This document shows positions 1 through 9,795 of a stretch of DNA of 64,000 nucleotides, piece after piece. The position numbers and the translations under genes were made by a program. This DNA is from Candidatus Obscuribacterales bacterium (GTDB lineage: Bacteria > Cyanobacteriota > Vampirovibrionia > Obscuribacterales > Obscuribacteraceae): contig CBDDIJ010000003.1 of the NCBI GenBank assembly GCA_965228855.1, positions 928,001 to 992,000 on the forward strand, written 5' to 3'. Every line of letters begins with the position of its first letter. The first letter of the stretch is position 1. The notes beneath the pieces are model-generated. The model had not been told where the DNA came from. It did no database searches and saw nothing but the letters and a program-made list of their open reading frames with translations.

Positions 1-3000
1 CATAGCCCCACAGCCCCGATTGTCCGCGCCGATTTTTGACGATCGTGCTTGTGTCAGCACGCATACTGTTATTTGCATAGATTACCGAACCGGCAAGACG
101 TCCATAGAGTTGCGCGTCGGAATCGGTGGCATTGATCTGACGCAGAACTACCTGACTGTGTGTCCATGCCAGATCGAAAACGCGGTCGGCCAGGCTGCGG
201 TCATGATATTTTTCGATGAACGAGAGACACTCTTCTCTCGTTTCAGCCATGCCGGTGACGATGTCGATAGTTGCCGATGCTTCCGGCTCCAGCGTTAGAT
301 GGCAGCGAATAGATACAATCGGATCGAGAACCGATCCGTCTGTTCCTGAGAGAGGCCCTGGCTTCATCATCGCCTCAGGCTGCACAAGGCTGTTTCCTCG
401 ACCGATGAAACGACTGCGATCGGTTTCATGCGAAATCTCCTCGATCGTTGCGCCGTGCGCAGCCATCAAATGGAACATCCATGGTGTCTTCTCTTCGGAA
501 GATCGCGGCCGTCTGTTGCAGAGAATGGCTTGTTTATCCCGGATGATTTCAGTTTGCACGAATAGCTTGCTGAACGCAGGATGCAACGCGTCGGCGATGT
601 TCGGCGCCAAAACCACTTCCGCATAGCTGGTCACATCAATTGTCCTGTGAGCGCGAGCGCGATTGGTGATGCGCACGCGACGCAGTTCTATATCATCCTC
701 GGATGAAACAACGATCTCCGAATGCATATCACAATCGAATCCGCGACGGCGAAACTCAACTCTCGAGTCGGAAAAAATCGCTTCGTAGCTGTCTGTCGTT
801 TTCAGTGTTGGTTGAAATGCAGGCGACCAGAATTCGCTGCTGGTCAAATCGCGGATGTAGCAAAACATGCCGCAATTGTCCATTATGGCATCTTCGCGGA
901 AGCGCGTGACGGCCAAGTCGTTCCAACAACTGTAGCCGCCGCCAGCACTTGTCACCATGACGTGGTATCTGCCATTGGACAACAATTGCACTTCCGGAAC
1001 GGTGGCATCTGGGCTGGTGAAGAATCGTACCGGCGCTTGCTGACCGCTGGTCGTGCTCAAGCCGGAGACTTCGGCTGATTGAGTATGAAGCACCGTGGAC
1101 TTGGGAATGCGCTCCTGCAAAAGCAACATCGTCGACTGAAACGCGGGCTCGGATTCGAAAAGCCTCTGCATCGGCCGGTTCAAAAGCGTATACGCCAGAG
1201 CTAGAAGACTCATCCCTTGATGATGGGACATGAAGGATTGTACGATTGTAAACGGCTGCCCATGCGGAACACGGGCAGGTGTGTAGTCGATTGCTTCGTA
1301 GAAACCGAATTTTCCGAGACAATTCATCGCGGCAAGTCTCTCGAGGTTTAAACATGCTTCATCCGGTGATACCATCAACGCCAGCATAGATGCGTAAGGC
1401 GCGACGACGAGATCTTCGGCCAACCCGCGCTTCAGTCCAAGTCCGGGCACGCCGAATGCCCGGTACTGATAATTGAGTTGCACGTCCACGGCGCTGTAGC
1501 CGGATTCTGAAATGCCCCACGGAACTCCGCGCTGCTTGCCGTATTCGATTTGCCTGCTAACAGCCGCTCTGTATGTTTGATCCAGAATGGTGTCTTGATA
1601 GGTGGGCATCACTAGAAGTGGCATAAGATATTCGAACATGGAGCCGCTCCAGGAGAAGAGAATCGGATCTCCACCTGTGGAAGCACGCAGTCGTCCAAGC
1701 GCGAACCAGCTTTCCTGTGGCAATTGCCCCTGGGCAATACCGACAAAACTTGCTATCCGGGCTTCTGAGGCCAACAGATCGTAGTAACTCGCGTCCAACC
1801 GTCGCTCGCTGACATTGTAACCGATCGACAACAAGTGCCGGCTCTTATCGAACAGGAAGTCATAGTCCATGTCGGCCATCTCGCCCGATTGCCTGACGAG
1901 CCGATCGATTTCGGCGATCCTCTCGTTGGCACGCGCGCTTGCCAGTGCGACCATAGCCTTAATCGTGGAAAGCCATTCTTCTGTTTCGGGAGCGGCGTCG
2001 CAATCTTTCGAGGAGGTGAACTCGGGCGCGAGGGACTCCTCGAGATCTGCTAAGGAACGCAATGTTGTTAACTGATCGACAGTCTTAGTCCACGCAACCA
2101 GTCGATCGTCCAGTGTTGCTGTATCGGACACCACTGGTAGTGTCATTGTGGAAAGTGCAGACTTGTCCTCGGATACGCCAGACGAATTGCCGTTTGATGT
2201 CCAGGGCGCGAAGAAGGTCACTTCTTCGAGGGCGGAAACGCACTGCCCTGCCAGTTGTTTTGCCCAGTACACGGCATCTGGGTCTTTGATACCGGACAGT
2301 TCGCCACACATTCCTGCCGCACTATTTGCCAGAGTTTCCAAACATGAACGCAGATCCGAAAGCGTCGTAAATCGAGATTCACAGGCAATATCGATGTCGT
2401 TTTTCAATTGCTCATATTTTACCGAATCGCTGGCACCGGGGGTGGTGAATATGAGTGAAACCGTGTCTTTCAATCCGGCAAAAAATTGCCCGCCGATAAT
2501 CAATTCGTCGGGCAACACAACAAGACCACGTCGCAACGTCAAAAGATGTGCCGCCAGATTGCCGCTGTCTACTGTTGAAACATACGTGGGCAACAATGGC
2601 TGCAGAGTTTCTGTGTCGTACCAATTATAGAAGTGACCGCGGTGCCGTTCCAAACTCTCCATGGTTTTCAGCGTGTTAGCTGTGCGTTCAACCAGCTGTC
2701 CTTGGACAATGTAGCCAAATTCATAGGCGGACAAATTCGCCAAGAGCGCAAGTCCAATGTTGGTTGGAGAGGTGCGATGCGCAATCCTATCCACAGGACG
2801 TTCCTGATAATTATCTGGTGGCAACCAATTGTCGTTCGGTCCGACAAGCGTGTCGAAAAACGCCCAGGTCTTACGGGCTGCTCGGCGAAGGAAGTCGTTT
2901 TGTTCGACACTGAGCTCTCCTGTTCGCCTTGGAACCGACCTGCTCAACCACCATACAACCGCGGGACTGGCGACCCAGAGACCGAGAAGAGGTAGAGCAA

Positions 3001-5935
3001 GCAGCAAAGAATCAGGGCGGTAAACCACAACTATAATGAACGCGATAATTGCGATCGAAGGCGCGCTCCACATCGTTCGATACGAGGCGACTATCCCGGT
3101 TTCCATCTGTCGATCTACGTTTGCCGAAGCGCTCCACGAAAGCAGATCCTTGCCCGTCACCATCATGCGCCAGAGGGTGACTGCCACGGCTTGCAGGTTG
3201 CTCCATGCCTCATAAGCAAGACACGTGAGTGTAAGACTGGCCTGAGCGATATGCACCAAAGTGGAATTGAAAACAGCATCCAGCGCACCCTCCTTAGGTT
3301 TTCTGAAGACTTCGAAGATGGAAGAAATCAGAGGAGGAATGAATAAGATCGAAATCACAACCAGTGTCCACGTCCACCGCGGTGAAAGAATGGTCCAACC
3401 CATCAGCAAGAGACACATTAGCGAAACTGGAATTAGACTGCGCCTGAGATTGTCGAACAGTTTCCATTGAGATAACGCCGAAAGTGGATTCCTTTCGCTT
3501 AGCCCTTGTGGCACAGGAATGTCGGCAAAAAGCCAACTCAGGAGTTGCCAGTCTCCGCGAATCCAGCGGTAGGTTCGCGTGGCATGCGCTTGGTAGCTGG
3601 GCGGAGATTCCTCGTACAATTGCACATCGCTCAAAAGTCCCGATCGTGCATAACATCCTTCCAACAGATCGTGGCTCAAAATGCGGTTTTCAGGAAACCG
3701 TTCTTTGAGAGTAAACTCGAACGCTTCAACATCGTAAATCCCTTTGCCAATAAAGGATCCTTCGTGAAACAGATCTTGATATAGATCTGAAACCGCTCTG
3801 GTGTAGGGATCTATGCCTGAGTCGCTGGCGTACAATCGCGCATACAGAGAACGTTTGGCACTCGGCAAACTTATCGCTACTCTCGGTTGAAGTATGCCGT
3901 ATCCTTCTACGACCAGCTTCTTCTCTACGTCATACCGGGGACGATTGAGCGGGTGTTCCATGGCACCGATGAACTGGCGCGCCGCATCGCGTGGCAGCTG
4001 TGTGTCGGTATCAAGTGTAATCACATACCTGACTCCATCGAGCACTTCCGTGTCACCGGATATGAGCGAGAAGTCGTCGCCTTGACCACACTGGAGAAGC
4101 GCGTTCAGAGCAGCCAGCTTCCCGCGCTTGCGTTCATAGCCCATCCAGATCTGATCGCGAGAATTCCAAACTCGAGGCCGGTGGAACAGGAAAAAAATGT
4201 CGTTTCCTTCTTCTCTATATTTTTCATTGAGGGCTTTGATGCCCTCGTCAACGTTCTTCAAAAGCAGCGAATCACCGGGCATAACCTTTTGATTTGCATC
4301 ACGAAAGTCTGTCAGCAAACCAAAATACAAATTCGAATCGCGATTGCCGAGAAATCTCACTTCCAGTCCTTCGAGCAAGTCCTCGACATTTTGAGCGCTA
4401 GTCAATATGGTAGGCACCACCACTAGTGCGCGAGCCTGAGAGGAGATTCCTTTTGAAAAGTCCATTCTCGGCAACGCCTGCGGTGCGGCCAGTAACATCG
4501 CAACCCAATTGGTGAGCGCAATTGCAAGCTGACTTACTGCTATTAGACATGTGATACCAACTAACATATGAAGCCAATGCGGTAGGTCGTCGGCTCGTAT
4601 CATCGACAAAAGGCCAGCGGTGAAAACCGCAGACAACGCCATGATGGTGCCCAGATAGAGGGCAAGAGGGTGGCGCAAAATCGTTCCTTTCCAGTTCTCG
4701 AAAATCGAAGCTCGTACCTGAGCGGATTTTTTCAACAGTGGCAGTCCCTTGTCGATCAAATAGAAACCGACGTGAGACCCTCTGTGCTCGATAGGGTGAG
4801 TGCGTGCATTGTCCTGAGCCAGTGTTATTGCCGCACGAGCCAGTTGTCCCTCCGACAGACTGGTTTTCTTTGCCATCCTCTCTATGACGTGGCGATATCG
4901 GTTGCGAGTCGTAAACTCCATGCCACTGTACACACCGCCTGGATCTTCACTCAGTATTGCTTCGACGACACTGTGCTTCTCGACGAAATCTCTCCAGTCT
5001 GTCGCGCCAAGCATGCGCAGGCTTCCGATGATGTTGCTGATGGAAACTTGATTGCTAGCCTGTTGTTGAACTTCGGAACGCACTAACTGCTCGATTGTTC
5101 GCCCCGACTCCAGTAGCCGCTGCTCGATCCAAGTCAACGGCAGCGCCAGAGATGGTCCGTGACCTTGCAGTAGGCGAGCAAGTTCAGCGACGAAGGAACT
5201 TACTAGAGGAGGATTCGAGCGCGCCATGTCTGCAATTACAAGAATCAAACTCTTCGGATCTTGCTCAGCCGTTTCCAGCATTCGATTCGCCCACTCGTCA
5301 GCCAGATCTCTAACTAAGCAGGCAGCGGAAATGCTGGCGGCGACTCGCCTGAGACCTTCGATGAGCGCGAGGCGAAGCATTATCGGAATAGCCCACAGCT
5401 CGCCAATCTTGAGTTCACTGACAGTTTGATATGCAGTGACAAAACGGCTGAGGCTCTCCGGCTGAACGCGTCCATCGCCGTGCGAAATCGTCTCCAACGC
5501 AATGTCGTATACGCGGGGCAGTCCTGCCGAAGGACCGTCCAGCAGGCGGGGCAACTCACGACTATAGCCTTTGGGCAAGTGGTTTCTAGCGGTGAGAATT
5601 TGCTCTTCGATCAAATAGAAGTTGTCGAGCAGCCATTCACCAGCCGGCGGAATAGCCCGGTTGTTCTTGAGCGTGGCTGTCAGCATGTTGTAGGTTTCGG
5701 TCAGAACCTCTTCGTTTGTCGCCAGACGATCCAAAAGCAGGTCCTGCTTGCGCACATCAGTCAGGTTGTGCCAACCAGCCAGAGTCTTGCCGTGCTGCTC
5801 CATTTGATCGATGCTGAATAATTCAGATCTCGGCGCAGCCTCGCTATCACCGTATCTGCCGGAAAACTTTCGATTGCCAGGATTAGCCAACAACCGCAGC
5901 AAGCTTTTTCCTAACGTCGTGCTGTGTTCTTTCAA
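1..5935 (-). CDS. ndvB: Cyclic beta-1,2-glucan synthase (Cgs/NdvB; GT84 + GH94-type), 3' end beyond window edge
   Basis: Missing from the ORF track because it runs off the edge. Manual minus-strand translation gives RSELFSIDQMEQHG, PAGEWLLDNFYLIEEQI...LPKGYSRELPRL near 5.6-5.8 kb, NYQYRAFGVPGLGLKRGL near 1.45 kb and NRRGQSGLWGY at 2-34, all in one frame. Probable TTG start at 5935. The frame was spot-checked, not translated end to end. Confidence 0.92.
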   Translation of the reverse strand, partial: MKEHSTTLGKSLLRLLANPGNRKFSGRYGDSEAAPRSELFSIDQMEQHGKTLAGWHNLTDVRKQDLLLDRLATNEEVLTETYNMLTATLKNNRAIPPAGEWLLDNFYLIEEQILTARNHLPKGYSRELPRLLDGPSAGLPRVYDIALETISHGDGRVQPESLSRFVTAYQTVSELKIGELWAIPIMLRLALIEGLRRVAASISAACLVRDLADEWANRMLETAEQDPKSLILVIADMARSNPPLVSSFVAELARLLQGHGPSLALPLTWIEQRLLESGRTIEQLVRSEVQQQASNQVSISNIIGSLRMLGATDWRDFVEKHSVVEAILSEDPGGVYSGMEFTTRNRYRHVIERMAKKTSLSEGQLARAAITLAQDNARTHPIEHRGSHVGFYLIDKGLPLLKKSAQVRASIFENWKGTILRHPLALYLGTIMALSAVFTAGLLSMIRADDLPHWLHMLVGITCLIAVSQLAIALTNWVAMLLAAPQALPRMDFSKGISSQARALVVVPTILTSAQNVEDLLEGLEVRFLGNRDSNLYFGLLTDFRDANQKVMPGDSLLLKNVDEGIKALNEKYREEGNDIFFLFHRPRVWNSRDQIWMGYERKRGKLAALNALLQCGQGDDFSLISGDTEVLDGVRYVITLDTDTQLPRDAARQFIGAMEHPLNRPRYDVEKKLVVEGYGILQPRVAISLPSAKRSLYARLYASDSGIDPYTRAVSDLYQDLFHEGSFIGKGIYDVEAFEFTLKERFPENRILSHDLLEGCYARSGLLSDVQLYEESPPSYQAHATRTYRWIRGDWQLLSWLFADIPVPQGLSERNPLSALSQWKLFDNLRRSLIPVSLMCLLLMGWTILSPRWTWTLVVISILFIPPLISSIFEVFRKPKEGALDAVFNSTLVHIAQASLTLTCLAYEAWSNLQAVAVTLWRMMVTGKDLLSWSASANVDRQMETGIVASYRTMWSAPSIAIIAFIIVVVYRPDSLLLALPLLGLWVASPAVVWWLSRSVPRRTGELSVEQNDFLRRAARKTWAFFDTLVGPNDNWLPPDNYQERPVDRIAHRTSPTNIGLALLANLSAYEFGYIVQGQLVERTANTLKTMESLERHRGHFYNWYDTETLQPLLPTYVSTVDSGNLAAHLLTLRRGLVVLPDELIIGGQFFAGLKDTVSLIFTTPGASDSVKYEQLKNDIDIACESRFTTLSDLRSCLETLANSAAGMCGELSGIKDPDAVYWAKQLAGQCVSALEEVTFFAPWTSNGNSSGVSEDKSALSTMTLPVVSDTATLDDRLVAWTKTVDQLTTLRSLADLEESLAPEFTSSKDCDAAPETEEWLSTIKAMVALASARANERIAEIDRLVRQSGEMADMDYDFLFDKSRHLLSIGYNVSERRLDASYYDLLASEARIASFVGIAQGQLPQESWFALGRLRASTGGDPILFSWSGSMFEYLMPLLVMPTYQDTILDQTYRAAVSRQIEYGKQRGVPWGISESGYSAVDVQLNYQYRAFGVPGLGLKRGLAEDLVVAPYASMLALMVSPDEACLNLERLAAMNCLGKFGFYEAIDYTPARVPHGQPFTIVQSFMSHHQGMSLLALAYTLLNRPMQRLFESEPAFQSTMLLLQERIPKSTVLHTQSAEVSGLSTTSGQQAPVRFFTSPDATVPEVQLLSNGRYHVMVTSAGGGYSCWNDLAVTRFREDAIMDNCGMFCYIRDLTSSEFWSPAFQPTLKTTDSYEAIFSDSRVEFRRRGFDCDMHSEIVVSSEDDIELRRVRITNRARAHRTIDVTSYAEVVLAPNIADALHPAFSKLFVQTEIIRDKQAILCNRRPRSSEEKTPWMFHLMAAHGATIEEISHETDRSRFIGRGNSLVQPEAMMKPGPLSGTDGSVLDPIVSIRCHLTLEPEASATIDIVTGMAETREECLSFIEKYHDRSLADRVFDLAWTHSQVVLRQINATDSDAQLYGRLAGSVIYANNSMRADTSTIVKNRRGQSGLWGY

Positions 5936-6168
5936 AAGCCGTACTGAACCTCATCATAGGAAGCCACACGTCGAGCGCCAAACTGCAAGTAGCACAAGTA
6001 GCAAGAGCCCAGCCGCTCCAGCGATAAGCACAGAGCCACCATATTCGGCATCAAATGCGCGTTGCTACAAAATACTTATTACGTGATCCAAATCTATATC
6101 CGAGACCTCTTCAGGGTCTGGAACACCTCACCATTACGGTGGAACACCTTCTCCTCGGTTCAATATCC

Positions 6169-6516
6169 TTAATTATACGGTAATTGGGCTGACTGCATGG
6201 TAAGTCCCTGGGACATCGTTGCAGCTGCACCCAGTGCGCGCGCGGCCGTTCGCACTCCGTCAGCTAGATATTTGGCTCTAGGCGTTGGTTTCAAACTGAG
6301 AAGAACAAATGGGATCGCGGAAGTGTGCTGACCTTTTCTGTCCCATCGCAAAAAATCAAAAACGCTGCCACCATTTTGCAGATGTACATCCGAAATTATC
6401 AAGTCGACCTTAGCAGTACGCAAGAAAGTTATTGCATTCATAACAGTTTCGACCACAAACACAGAATACCCCCAGTTTTCCAGACAAGCTTGAGCTTGCT
6501 CAGAGTCAGGAGCCAA
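6169..6516 (-). pseudogene. Response-regulator receiver domain remnant
   Basis: LENWGYSV...KVDLIISDVHL...IPFVLLS...ALGA receiver pattern. The first beta strand with the acidic pair and the C-terminal K-x-F region are missing. Confidence 0.65.
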
Positions 6517-6662
6517 AAATATTCCACGACCTTCGGACAGTTGAACGACCTATGTGTCAATAGTCGATGGTAGCCAATGGTGACTCCCATTGCGTGCCAG
6601 ATGTAGGAAACGGCGAATACGGTGCCGAACACTATCATGGCTTCGTAAGTAAACACTTTCAT
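6438..6662 (-). pseudogene. Acyl-lipid/acyl-CoA (delta-9 type) desaturase N-terminal fragment
   Basis: GVTIGYHRLLTHRSFNCPKVVEYFW is the first histidine box of membrane desaturases. The similarity ends abruptly and the other His boxes are absent. Confidence 0.75.
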
Positions 6663-6893
6663 ATCCTCGCATCTCTTGGATCTACTCTGATTCGCACCTC
6701 AAGCGTCAGTGCTGGAGCGCAGTTCGTTGATTTAGATGCGATCGCGACAGAACACTCGTCCACAGAAACGTGATCGATCTGCGGCAAGAAAAGGCTCAGT
6801 GCCACATCAGCTCTAACTAATACTGAGCGACTATATTTCATTCAGTACTTATAAGTATCTGCTAGCTTTGTTAAAACTGGATGAAAACGCCGT

Positions 6894-7571
6894 CTAGATG
6901 TTGTTCTCGGTCTTGTAACCAAGCCCCCGCACAGTAGTTATGATCGAAAGACTGCCCTCAGAATCGATCTTTTGACGCAAGGTTCTTACATGTGTTCTTA
7001 CAGTATCTTCCAAGTGTCCTGAATCTTTTTGCCAGACACGCTCGAAAATTGCATGTGGGCTGAACACTTGATTGGGATGTCTGAGAAGGAATTGAAGGAG
7101 CTTGAATTCCATTGGGTGCAAATGAATCAACTGATCATTTTTTGTAACCGTACCTGCTTCGGTGTTCAACGCTATGGCGCCCGAGATGAGCACCTTCTCG
7201 CTGCGAAGGGCGGGTCTGCGTAATAGCGCCCGCATCTGTGCGCCAAGATCGCTTAGCTTAAATGGTTTCACCACATAAGCGTCGGCGCCTGCATCAAGGC
7301 CGACCTGCAGTTCACTGGAGGAATGTCTGCCGGCAATCAATATTATCGGCGCGGTGCCTCCAGCGGCTCGATAACCCCGAACAACACCGATTCCATCCAA
7401 TCCGGGCAATGCTGTTTCGAGAAGAATAATATCGTACGGGTTCAAGCGCAAACATTCCAGAATGCGAAAACCTTGATTCTCAGTCTGAACCGAGTAGTGT
7501 TGCAATGAAAAGTATTCTTGCATTGCAGCTGCGAGATCTTGTTGCGTTTCACCTAGTAGCATCCTTGACAT
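6894..7571 (-). CDS. OmpR/PhoB-family response regulator (atypical receiver)
   Basis: Receiver plus winged helix (LHPMEFKLLQFL, VRTHVRTLRQKI, ITTVRGLGY). The phosphoacceptor position reads ILLET rather than LLD. Confidence 0.93.
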   Translation of the reverse strand: MSRMLLGETQQDLAAAMQEYFSLQHYSVQTENQGFRILECLRLNPYDIILLETALPGLDGIGVVRGYRAAGGTAPIILIAGRHSSSELQVGLDAGADAYVVKPFKLSDLGAQMRALLRRPALRSEKVLISGAIALNTEAGTVTKNDQLIHLHPMEFKLLQFLLRHPNQVFSPHAIFERVWQKDSGHLEDTVRTHVRTLRQKIDSEGSLSIITTVRGLGYKTENNI

Positions 7572-7973
7572 GATTCCGTCCTCGCCGAGAAAGCCTCAGC
7601 ATCGCGTAATCGATTGCTGCAGACAACGAGGAATTTGAACTACGATTTATGTGCAACTGCGATAAGTAAGGCGCTCAATTGAGGCCCTTATCTATATTGT
7701 AGACCTTTGTACTGCTGAATGTTGGATTCGTGGGAAGCGGATATGTGGAATCTCCTGTGTAACTGACCCTGCGCTCGATCGCGAGAATAGTTAATTTTGC
7801 GGCGCTGTGCAGCCAATCCCAAGAATCTCATCAAACATTTAAAGGTCAATCTTTCGCTCAAGAAGACCTTCTAGTGTATAAGCGTTACATTTTCTTTCTT
7901 TTTCTTTGATTGTTTCGATTGCCACCGGAGATGGTGCTCGCGGAAGTTCTTGCGATAACTCTAGTAACGACAC

Positions 7974-8675
7974 TCAGGGTGCGCCTGTAGCAAGATGCTG
8001 TGATTCAGCCGCACTTTTGAGTTCCATGAAAATTGAAGGAATGGACTCTCTCACCAATTTCTTCATCAACACTTGTGGATAGAGAAATCCTCCATCAACG
8101 TGTTTTGCGTAGGTGACGAGTGTGGCCTGCCCATCTTTTAGTGGTTGGAGCTTCCAGTAACCTTCGTTGGCCTGGAATGCACCTCTGACTCGCTTCCATT
8201 CGATGAGCTCTTGTTCCTTCTCCGTCACCGTGAGAGTGTACTCGAACTTGAACAGGTTGCCCAGAGACCGGGTGGTGAAGGCGACTAACTTAGTTGATCC
8301 GGAACTGGAAATCAGTTTCGATTTGCTGAGATTAGAAAAAATGCCGGCGGCGCCGTTGTAATCAGTCAAAACATTCCATACACGGGCAGGGCTTGCTTCC
8401 ACTATGACCGTGCTGGTAGTGAAGACTTTTTTCCCGACCTTCTCTTCGCCGATGACGAATTTTGAAAGTGAACGTCCCAGTACAACTTTAGATGAGGATA
8501 CTTCAGTTGATGATACCTCTTCAGCCTGCACCGCATACGGTGACAAGCAGACCACCGCTACCAGTGTCAATAAAGCAAACGTGGCTGCTTGGCTAGACAC
8601 TCTAGTCATTAAGATCTCCGGCATGAGGTTGGTTTTTGGAGTATACGTGAGGAGATCCATAGAATTGCCATTCAT
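7974..8675 (-). CDS. Secreted SRPBCC/START (polyketide cyclase-like) lipid-binding protein
   Basis: Signal-peptide-like segment; ASPARVWNVLTDY, IEWKRVRGAFQANEGYWKL. The true start may be a downstream ATG. Confidence 0.8.
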   Translation of the reverse strand: MNGNSMDLLTYTPKTNLMPEILMTRVSSQAATFALLTLVAVVCLSPYAVQAEEVSSTEVSSSKVVLGRSLSKFVIGEEKVGKKVFTTSTVIVEASPARVWNVLTDYNGAAGIFSNLSKSKLISSSGSTKLVAFTTRSLGNLFKFEYTLTVTEKEQELIEWKRVRGAFQANEGYWKLQPLKDGQATLVTYAKHVDGGFLYPQVLMKKLVRESIPSIFMELKSAAESQHLATGAP

Positions 8676-8776
8676 ATCCGTATCCTTGTATCCTGACTAT
8701 CGGTCTGCTTGAAGTTCAATGCGATCACCAGAAAGAATCCTGCGGCTTGTACCACTTCCATCAGACCACGCGCGAA

Positions 8777-8792
8777 GTTAAAGTCCGGTGAA
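8777..8792 (-). promoter_or_regulatory. Conserved motif TTCACCGGACTTTAAC, copy 1 (faces SRPBCC gene)
   Basis: + strand GTTAAAGTCCGGTGAA, an exact 16-bp match to copies 2 and 3. Confidence 0.7.
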
Positions 8793-8914
8793 CTACTGTC
8801 CGATGTCAATGCAACAAAATGACTATGTTTGTCGCACTACACGGGCACCTCAAATAGTACCAGTATCCATTCCAATGCGAATGACCATCTGGGAAACTCG
8901 TCTACCACTGCGAG

Positions 8915-8932
8915 TTTTCACCGGACTTTAAC
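8915..8932 (+). promoter_or_regulatory. Conserved motif TTTTCACCGGACTTTAAC, copy 2 (faces GlsB/YeaQ gene)
   Basis: Exact inverted copy of the site at 9610-9627. Confidence 0.7.
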
Positions 8933-9050
8933 AGTTATCGTGGTTTGATTAAAGTAGCACCCCCCTGAATTTTCAATTCGGCGGGACAGAGTCGATCGTT
9001 ATTTTGCGGTGGCTGTTCAATCAATTCATAGAGAAACCTCGGGAGGTTTT

Positions 9051-9308
9051 ATGTTAGCTTTTATTTTTTATCTGCTCATCGCCGCTGTGTGCGCATTCAT
9101 AGCTGGGAAATTGGTGCCCGGCATAATTCCAGGCGGATTCTTCGCATCGGCAGTCATTGGAGTAATTGGTGCCTGGCTTGGCAGTAGTATGCTCGGCTCC
9201 GTCGGTCCGGCTCTAGCCGGCGTCTCACTTCTTCCGTGTATTCTCGGATCCGCGGTTCTGGTTTTCGCCTTTTCGCTATTGAGTGGAGGATTCAGACGTG
9301 GAGCCTGA
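9051..9308 (+). CDS. GlsB/YeaQ/YmgE family stress-response membrane protein
   Basis: 85 aa hydrophobic protein, GVIGAWLGS...ILGSAVLV; GGGAGG RBS before ATG 9051. Confidence 0.85.
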   Translation: MLAFIFYLLIAAVCAFIAGKLVPGIIPGGFFASAVIGVIGAWLGSSMLGSVGPALAGVSLLPCILGSAVLVFAFSLLSGGFRRGA

Positions 9309-9343
9309 TCTGGTTCTCAAACAAATCTGTCGGAGTATAAACC

Positions 9344-9577
9344 ATGTGTAGTGCTGATATATTCGACCGACCTAAGTCTCAACAGGAAGTCTGCGAGGCT
9401 GAGTCGACCGAAAGTCTCTTCCTCGTTTGGGACAGTATCTGTGGCTATTACGATCGCGGACAGATAACCAAAATCGACTTGGAAGAAATGAAGGATCTGG
9501 TCTGGTCACGGATGTCCATTCTTAAGGTGCTGCGATCTGCCGCCGAACAATCGTTCACTGAACGACTGGCAAGTTAG
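9344..9577 (+). CDS. Small hypothetical protein
   Basis: 77-aa ORF with GGAG RBS, co-oriented directly behind the GlsB-like gene. Confidence 0.55.
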   Translation: MCSADIFDRPKSQQEVCEAESTESLFLVWDSICGYYDRGQITKIDLEEMKDLVWSRMSILKVLRSAAEQSFTERLAS

Positions 9578-9609
9578 CTGTTGCATCGCGATAATGAAGC
9601 ACGAGCAAG

Positions 9610-9627
9610 GTTAAAGTCCGGTGAAAA
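9610..9627 (-). promoter_or_regulatory. Conserved motif copy 3 (TTTTCACCGGACTTTAAC on minus strand)
   Basis: + strand GTTAAAGTCCGGTGAAAA. Confidence 0.65.
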
Positions 9628-9708
9628 CCTGCACAGGAAGGCGAAGTGACGCAAAATAACACTTTTAAACTTTTGTGTTTATCGAAAAATCGAGATAAAG
9701 TTTCTTCT

Positions 9709-9726
9709 TTTTCACCGGAGTTTCAC
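9709..9726 (+). promoter_or_regulatory. Conserved motif copy 4 (TTTTCACCGGAGTTTCAC; faces patatin gene)
   Basis: 16/18 match to copy 2. Confidence 0.6.
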
Positions 9727-9795
9727 GTCGCTCGAAGTCAAATGAATCCATACGAGCGAATGAATCGGTGTTCGCATTTTCGACGAGGTACTCTA

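Noticed and set aside
20..5821. Many short ORFs in the track across 1-5.9 kb
   Set aside because: They are shadow frames of the single minus-strand ndvB reading frame.
6659..6841. 60-aa ORF overlapping the desaturase fragment start by ATGA
   Set aside because: No recognisable motif; cannot be distinguished from decayed sequence.
8777..8932. Inverted 16-bp pair as MITE terminal repeats
   Set aside because: No target-site duplication, the interiors of the two pairs are unrelated, and similarity extends outward, which fits promoters better. Not fully excluded.
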